NCBI RefSeq assembly: GCF_001457595.1
Contig: NZ_LN831039.1
Coordinates: 4,530,001-4,562,000, forward strand
Source of the DNA: Mycolicibacterium smegmatis
GTDB taxonomy: Bacteria; Actinomycetota; Actinomycetes; Mycobacteriales; Mycobacteriaceae
Length of the DNA: 32,000 nucleotides
Reading direction: 5' to 3'
The notes beneath the pieces are model-generated. The model worked only from the letters and a program-made list of their open reading frames with translations. It searched no databases and was not told the DNA's origin. The position numbers and the translations under genes were made by a program. This document shows positions 26,761-32,000 of the stretch, one piece after another; within the stretch, counting starts at the first letter, position 1; every line of letters begins with the position of its first letter.

Positions 26761-28683
26761 ATGACCACCACCGCCGAACATCTGCGCAACGCACTCGACG
26801 GGCGCTGGCGCGACGTCAAGAACGCCATGCGGGAGAACCTGTCCAACGAGGTCTTCCGGCCCCACTACACCCCCAACACCGCGATCGCCCGCGCGAAGGT
26901 CGCCGAGCAACTCAAGATCATGGCCGCGGCGGGTGCGGCCGAAGACGGGTTCCGCAAGGAGCACGGCGGCAACGGCAACGTCGGAGCGGCCATCGCCCAG
27001 ATCGAGATGCTCGCCATGAGCGATCTGTCGCTGATGGTCAAGGCCGGTGTGCAGTGGGGCCTGTTCGGCGGGGCCATCGAGAACCTGGGCACCGAGCGCC
27101 ACCACCAGGCCTACGTGCGCCGCATCATCGACCTGGACCTGCTGGGCTGTTTCGCGATGACCGAGACCGGCCACGGCAGCGACGTGCAGTCCATCGAGAC
27201 CACGGCCACCTACGATCCGGCGACGCAGGAGTTCGTGATCCACTCGCCCACGCCGACCGCACGCAAGGACTACATCGGCGGTGCAGCCGAGACCGCCCGC
27301 GTGGCAGCGGTATTCGCGCAGTTGATCACCCCCGACGGCATGAACCACGGCGTGCACTGCCTGGTGGTGCCCATCCGCGACGACGAGGGCAACGACCTTC
27401 CCGGAGTGACCACGTCGGACTGTCACTACAAGGGCGGACTGCCCGGTGTGGACAACGGCCGCATCGTGTTCGACCACGTGCGCGTTCCGCGTGAGAACCT
27501 GCTGAACCGTTACGCCGACGTCTCACCCGAGGGGGTCTACTCCTCACCGATCGAGAACCCGGGCCGTCGGTTCTTCACGATGCTGGGCACGCTGATCCGG
27601 GGCCGCGTCACCGTGGGCGGCAGCGCGGCCGCCGCGGCCCGCGTCGCACTGGACATCGCGACGCGATATGCGTTGCAGCGCACGCAGTTCAGCGCACCGG
27701 ACGACGAACATGAAGTCGTCATCATGGATTACCTGGTGCATCAGCGCCGCCTGCTGCCGTTGATCGCGAAATCCTATGCGCTGCAGTTCGCCCAGAACGA
27801 GCTGGTGGCCAAATGCCACGAGCTGCAGACCTCCGACGATCCCGACCCCGAGGAGCAGCGCGAGCTTGAGGCACGCGCGGCGGGCCTCAAGGCCGCCAAC
27901 ACCTGGCACGCCAGCACCGCCATCCAGGAGGCCCGTGAAGCCTGCGGCGGCGCAGGGTATCTGGCCGAGAACCGGCTGATCGCGCTGCGCGCCGACACCG
28001 ACGTGTTCACCACGTTCGAGGGCGACAACCATGTGCTGACCCAGCTGGTCGCCAAGGAACTGCTCACCGCGTACGCCGACGACATCAAGGGCATGAGCCC
28101 GGTCGAGTGGGTGCGCTTCGCGGCCAACTTCGCCGGCGAGCGCGTGCTCAAACGCACTGCGGCGCAGACCATCATCCAGACCATCCTCGACACGCGCCAG
28201 GACAACGAGGAAGAGGGCAGCCTGTTCAACCGCGGCACCCAGATCAAGATGTTCGAGGACCGCGAGGAGTACATGGTGGCCTCGGTCGCCCGCAGGTTGC
28301 AGGGCAAGGCCAAGGAGATGTCGGCGTTCGACGCGTTCAACGCGGTGCAGGACCACGTGCTGCACGCCGCGCAGGCCCACATCGACCGGGTGATCCTCGA
28401 AGCGTTCGTCGCGGGCATCGACGCGTGCGAGGACGAGGCCGCGCGCGAGCTGCTGGCCGACGTGTGCGACCTCTACGCGCTGTCGGTCATCGAGGAGGAC
28501 AAGGCCTGGTTCATCGAGCACCGGTTCCTGTCGACCGAGCGCGCCAAGGCCGTCACGCGCGGCATCAACGAGCGCTGCCGCACGCTGCGACCGCACGCCG
28601 AGACACTCATCGACGGGTTCGGCATCCCCGAACAGCTGCGCTACGCGGCCATGCTCGACCCCGAAGAGCTTCTCAACGGCTAG
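26761..28683 (+). CDS. acyl-CoA oxidase / ACOX-type acyl-CoA dehydrogenase
   Basis: This is the last 640 codons of ORF 24727-28683, starting at the ATG at 26761 (MTTTAEHLRNALDGRW). It contains FAMTETGHGSDVQSIETTATYD and EACGGAGYL. The long C-terminal helical domain is typical of ACOX. Confidence 0.85.
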   Translation: MTTTAEHLRNALDGRWRDVKNAMRENLSNEVFRPHYTPNTAIARAKVAEQLKIMAAAGAAEDGFRKEHGGNGNVGAAIAQIEMLAMSDLSLMVKAGVQWGLFGGAIENLGTERHHQAYVRRIIDLDLLGCFAMTETGHGSDVQSIETTATYDPATQEFVIHSPTPTARKDYIGGAAETARVAAVFAQLITPDGMNHGVHCLVVPIRDDEGNDLPGVTTSDCHYKGGLPGVDNGRIVFDHVRVPRENLLNRYADVSPEGVYSSPIENPGRRFFTMLGTLIRGRVTVGGSAAAAARVALDIATRYALQRTQFSAPDDEHEVVIMDYLVHQRRLLPLIAKSYALQFAQNELVAKCHELQTSDDPDPEEQRELEARAAGLKAANTWHASTAIQEAREACGGAGYLAENRLIALRADTDVFTTFEGDNHVLTQLVAKELLTAYADDIKGMSPVEWVRFAANFAGERVLKRTAAQTIIQTILDTRQDNEEEGSLFNRGTQIKMFEDREEYMVASVARRLQGKAKEMSAFDAFNAVQDHVLHAAQAHIDRVILEAFVAGIDACEDEAARELLADVCDLYALSVIEEDKAWFIEHRFLSTERAKAVTRGINERCRTLRPHAETLIDGFGIPEQLRYAAMLDPEELLNG

Positions 28684-28689
28684 GCACGC

Positions 28690-29196
28690 TCACGGGGACG
28701 GAAGGGGATCGACGGCCACCAACCGGCCGTCGTCCCCGATCCGGAACCGCACCGTCGCGATCCCCGTCGGGGCCTCGGGGGTGTCCTCGCCCTGCTGCCA
28801 CTGGTAGTTCACCGTGACGGTGTCCTCACCGTTGTTCACCACGTTGATGTAGGGCCGCGGCTCCGGCGTCGCGGTGCCCAGCGGTGTCTGCCGGTCGAAG
28901 AACAGCAACTGCCCGACGCTGTTGGGCTGTGGATCGGTCAGCCCCACCTGTACCCAGTGCAACCGGCAGTCGGTGGTGTGGCCGTCGCGCACCTGCACCC
29001 ACTGCGAACCGCCGTGCGGCGCGGGCAGCTTGGCGATCTCCTGTGCCACCACCATGGGGTCGGGGCCGTCGGCCGCCGTGCACGTGTCCGGCGGTGGCGG
29101 CGGCGCCGACGACGGCCCCCATCCGCATCCCGCGGCCAGGAATCCGAGGGACACCACCACGACACTCAATCCGGGGCTCAACCTGGGCAACCGCAT
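28690..29196 (-). CDS. lppP: LppP/LprE-family lipoprotein
   Basis: The signal peptide has lipobox LAAGC, followed by a proline-rich linker. The conserved LLFFDRQTPLGTATPEPRPYINV segment is present. The symbol rests on recalled similarity and synteny with Rv2330c. Confidence 0.75.
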   Translation of the reverse strand: MRLPRLSPGLSVVVVSLGFLAAGCGWGPSSAPPPPPDTCTAADGPDPMVVAQEIAKLPAPHGGSQWVQVRDGHTTDCRLHWVQVGLTDPQPNSVGQLLFFDRQTPLGTATPEPRPYINVVNNGEDTVTVNYQWQQGEDTPEAPTGIATVRFRIGDDGRLVAVDPLPSP

Positions 29197-29340
29197 GGCG
29201 CCGAGCTTACGGGTGAGGCCCGACCGGCAGGGGCGGGCCCGCCGGGGACATCACGGCCGCACTATGTTGGTCCGGGACACAGTCATGATCGAAAGTGGCG
29301 CCGCCGATGAGGGCGACGCCACCTGACCGAGGAGACACAG

Positions 29341-29661
29341 ATGGCCTGGTTCCTAGCCATGGAGGGCCCCGCCAACAAGGCCGTGCTGTACCAACTGCAG
29401 GAATCGGTCGACACCGACAAGCTCGCCGAAGAGATGGTCAGCGCTGCGACGATCGATCGCGCCGTCGCGGTCCCGGCGATCCTGCAGAACAACAAACAGC
29501 ACGTGACCGTGTACGTCCGCCCCGCCGCGTGGGGCGTGTGGACCTTCTATCAGCTCAGCGACGAAGAGCGCCAGGCACTCGCCCAGGCCGCCAACCCGTT
29601 GGTGGAGGCGCTGGCGCAGGCCGCGCGACAGAACCAGGGCAAGAACCGCCCCCAGGCCTGA
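29341..29661 (+). CDS. hypothetical protein (106 aa, soluble)
   Basis: GAGGAG lies 6 nt upstream of the ATG. Third codon positions are GC-rich. I recognise no motif. Confidence 0.6.
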   Translation: MAWFLAMEGPANKAVLYQLQESVDTDKLAEEMVSAATIDRAVAVPAILQNNKQHVTVYVRPAAWGVWTFYQLSDEERQALAQAANPLVEALAQAARQNQGKNRPQA

Positions 29662-29677
29662 TCCCGGTCGGCTCGTC

Positions 29678-31231
29678 TCAGCGCCGCGTCGCGCTCATGG
29701 TGAGCCGCACCACCCCGCGCAACGCCCACGGCGTGCGCTTCGCGACCGCCGCGACCGCGCGATCGGCGCGGCGCGTGGCGGTCCGCGCCGCGGGCGTCGG
29801 CTCGGCCGCCAGCAGCGCCTCGACAGATGCCGCGGGCGAACCACCACCTGCCCCGTCTCCGACCGCCAGCAGTTGCCACGTCCCCGGCACGCCCCGCAAC
29901 TCGACGTTGCCGCGGTCGGCGAAGCTGGTCCCCGATCCGACCACGAGATCGCGCACCGTGCGCGACACCAGGATCTCCCCCGCCCGGGCCTGGCCGAGGA
30001 TGCGCGCGGCGATGTGCACCGCGATACCCCCGATGTCGTCACCGAGCAGTTCGCACTCACCGGTGTGGATGGCCGCGCGGATCTGGATGCCCAGCGTCTC
30101 CGCGTCCGACCGCAGCGCCTCCGCGTAGCGGATGGCATGCGTCGGCCCCTCGAACGTGCTCAGGTGGCCGTCTCCGGTGCTCTTGACCACCACTCCGCCG
30201 AACCGGCCCGACAGTTCCTCGGTGACCTCACCGAACCGCTGCAGCACCGCACGCCACCGTTCGTCGCCGTTGGACGCGGCGTGCTGCGTGGACGCGACGA
30301 TGTCGGTGAACAACACGGTGCGCAGCGCGCGGTGTGAGTTGTGCGGCGCCGCATGGTTTCCCGTGACAAACTCCTCGATCTCGGTGAGGACGCGGTCGGC
30401 TTCGGTGAACCACGGTGCATGGTCGACGCCGTCGACCTCGAGCCAGCGCGCGCCCGGGATGTGGTCTGCGAGGTAACGGCTGCACTGCACCGGAACGGCC
30501 GGATCGTCACGCGCGTGGATGACGAGCGTGGGCGCCGCGATCGTGGGCAGGATGGGCCGCACGTCGATCCGGAACGCGGCCTCGAACGTCGCGCGCGCCA
30601 TACCCGGGCTCGCACACAGGCGCTCGAACATCCCCAGTTGGCGCATCGACCCCATCGACGGCATCGCGCACCGGACAGCCGCCCCGCTGCCCCACTGCCC
30701 GCGCACGGCCCTGGCCTGCTCCTGGAAATGGATCACCTGCTCGACCGTCGGCGCGTACTCGTCGCCCATCTCCGCGACGCTGCGCGCCCTGATGTCCACC
30801 GGGTCACCGTCGAGGTCCTCCCACCGGCAGCCGGCCATCGTCGCGAACGACCCGTACGCCACCAGAGTGCGCACACGCCCGGGCCGGTTGGCCGCGAACA
30901 GGATCGAGGCCGGACCCCCCTCGCTCATGGCGAGCACCACGGCGTCGTCGAAACCCACGGCATCCATGACCGCCTCGATCTCGGCCGCGCGGTCGTCGAG
31001 CGTGCGCACCTTCGGAACGGGATCGGACAGGCCGGTGCCTGCCTTGTCGAAGATCGCGACGCGACAGAACGAGGCGAGCTGATCGAAGAACGACTTGAAC
31101 TCGGGCACGGTCCAGAACAATTCGACGTGGCCCACGAAGGGCCCCACGAACACAAGCGGGATCGGCCCGTCGCCGAAGAGCTGATACGCCAGGCTCAGGT
31201 CGCCGCACGAGGCGTACGACGTCTCCGCCAC
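29678..31231 (-). CDS. alpha/beta-hydrolase domain fused to a class III adenylate/guanylate cyclase catalytic domain (LipJ-like)
   Basis: The N-terminal half is hydrolase fold (LVFVGPFVGH, VVLAMSEGG). The C-terminal half is a cyclase (RTVLFTDIVASTQ, VKSTGDGHLSTF, IRAAIHTGECE, GIAVHIAARI). It has a GTG start with no SD. A TACGCT hexamer lies 7 nt upstream, so it may be leaderless. Confidence 0.85.
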   Translation of the reverse strand: MAETSYASCGDLSLAYQLFGDGPIPLVFVGPFVGHVELFWTVPEFKSFFDQLASFCRVAIFDKAGTGLSDPVPKVRTLDDRAAEIEAVMDAVGFDDAVVLAMSEGGPASILFAANRPGRVRTLVAYGSFATMAGCRWEDLDGDPVDIRARSVAEMGDEYAPTVEQVIHFQEQARAVRGQWGSGAAVRCAMPSMGSMRQLGMFERLCASPGMARATFEAAFRIDVRPILPTIAAPTLVIHARDDPAVPVQCSRYLADHIPGARWLEVDGVDHAPWFTEADRVLTEIEEFVTGNHAAPHNSHRALRTVLFTDIVASTQHAASNGDERWRAVLQRFGEVTEELSGRFGGVVVKSTGDGHLSTFEGPTHAIRYAEALRSDAETLGIQIRAAIHTGECELLGDDIGGIAVHIAARILGQARAGEILVSRTVRDLVVGSGTSFADRGNVELRGVPGTWQLLAVGDGAGGGSPAASVEALLAAEPTPAARTATRRADRAVAAVAKRTPWALRGVVRLTMSATRR

Positions 31232-31310
31232 AGGTTCGAGCGTAATTGACGCGCGACGATCCCAATACCTACGGAATTCGTGGATGGGATCGCGGCGCTG
31301 GGAGCTGTTG

Positions 31311-31383
<73 letters not shown>

Positions 31384-31526
31384 CTGCCTTTGCCTCGGAT
31401 CACCTCCGCGGCCGAGCGTTGACTCTAGCGTACGGACCGCCCTCGCCGCCAATTGCCTCCGGGCGGGCGCGTCGGCACCGCGGTGAGGCAGGATGTAGAC
31501 ACAACTCTTCGTCTGGGAGGAACGCT

Positions 31527-31796
31527 GTGATCCGCTACGCCGCCGTGATCGCTGTCGGCTACGTACTGGGCGCCAAGGCCGGACGACGCCGCTACGAACA
31601 GATCGCCAGCACCTATCGCGCCGTGACGTCCAACCCGGCGACGAGGGCCGTGATCGACGCGGGCAGGCGCAAGATCGCCAGCCGCGTGTCACCGGACCCG
31701 CAGTTCGTGACGATGACTCCCATCGACGCAGAAACGTCGGTGCTCTCCGTGGAGGATCGCACCGACGCTTCGGCGAAGTCCAAGCGCGGCTGGTAG
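31527..31796 (+). CDS. small hypothetical protein with one N-terminal TM helix
   Basis: ORF 31419-31796 is trimmed to the GTG at 31527, which has a strong GGGAGG SD 6 nt upstream. The sequence begins VIRYAAVIAVGYVLGAKAGRRRYEQI... Confidence 0.55.
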   Translation: MIRYAAVIAVGYVLGAKAGRRRYEQIASTYRAVTSNPATRAVIDAGRRKIASRVSPDPQFVTMTPIDAETSVLSVEDRTDASAKSKRGW

Positions 31797-31817
31797 CCGC
31801 TCTGGTGGGTCCGGGCG

Positions 31818-32000
31818 CTAGCCGAGACCCTGGTTGATGGTCGTGCCGGGCAGCAGCGGGCCCGTGGTGAAACCGGGGTTGCCGCTGCCGGGCGCGCCGA
31901 CCGTGACCGGGCCGATGCCGCCACCGACGGGCGTGCCGTTCGAGTAGGACAGGCACTTGCCGTCTTCCTTGTTGCCGAACCACGCGAGGCAGGCCGGGGC
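31818..32000 (-). CDS. C-terminal fragment of an unidentified, probably exported, Gly/Pro-rich protein (the gene starts beyond the window end)
   Basis: The minus-strand frame is open from 32000 to the TAG at 31818-31820. It reads APACLAWFGNKEDGKCLSYSNGTPVGGGIGPVTVGAPGSGNPGFTTGPLLPGTTINQGLG. Almost every codon ends in G/C. It is absent from the ORF track because no start codon lies in the window. Confidence 0.6.
   Translation of the reverse strand, partial: APACLAWFGNKEDGKCLSYSNGTPVGGGIGPVTVGAPGSGNPGFTTGPLLPGTTINQGLG

Noticed and set aside
24727-28683. A 1318-aa uninterrupted ORF on the plus strand spanning the MFS, VIT and acyl-CoA oxidase loci
   Set aside because: Only the last 640 codons (from ATG 26761) look like a real protein (ACOX). 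The upstream 678 codons are an Arg/Pro/Gly-rich shadow frame. They run over the MFS gene in another frame and antisense to the VIT gene. This is a GC-bias artefact.

Overview
The window is high-GC and densely coding, and reads as actinobacterial (Mycobacterium/Mycolicibacterium-like) core chromosome. I see no IS element, integrase, prophage, CRISPR array or rRNA. I support about 30 CDSs (a partial one at each edge) and two tRNA genes: Met-CAT at 2894-2967 and Asn-GTT at 31311-31383, both on the minus strand.

Gene content in order:
- A divergent TetR gene, then an alpha/beta-hydrolase and a Baeyer-Villiger monooxygenase.
- A small membrane protein and a threonine aldolase.
- A beta-lactamase-fold lipoprotein.
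- A tandem-domain Lrp/AsnC regulator plus an AhpD/CMD-like gene, divergent from a 4-gene operon (NCS1 permease, agmatinase-family ureohydrolase, ThDP enzyme, Na+/solute symporter).
- A minus-strand string of cutinase, TldD, PmbA and a TIGR02206-like membrane protein.
- The uspABC-like sugar ABC genes, with no ATPase gene.
- An ECF-type module (EcfT plus a fused membrane-domain/double-ATPase protein), divergent from MarR and an MFS transporter.
- A VIT-family protein, an acyl-CoA oxidase, an LppP-like lipoprotein and a small hypothetical.
- A LipJ-like hydrolase/adenylate-cyclase fusion.

From memory, not searched, the order resembles M. tuberculosis Rv2314c-Rv2331.

I do not see a clear-cut new defence or mobile system. 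The items most worth follow-up are:
- the ureohydrolase + ThDP-enzyme + two-transporter operon, a possible guanidino-acid catabolic module with an unknown substrate;
- the two-polypeptide ECF-like transporter that shares one palindromic site with MarR-MFS;
- a perfect-phase 11-bp x3 tandem repeat between pmbA and the downstream membrane gene;
- twin TTGAA-N5-TTCAA operators;
- several in-frame micro-duplications.

Many long shadow ORFs typical of GC-rich DNA were rejected.
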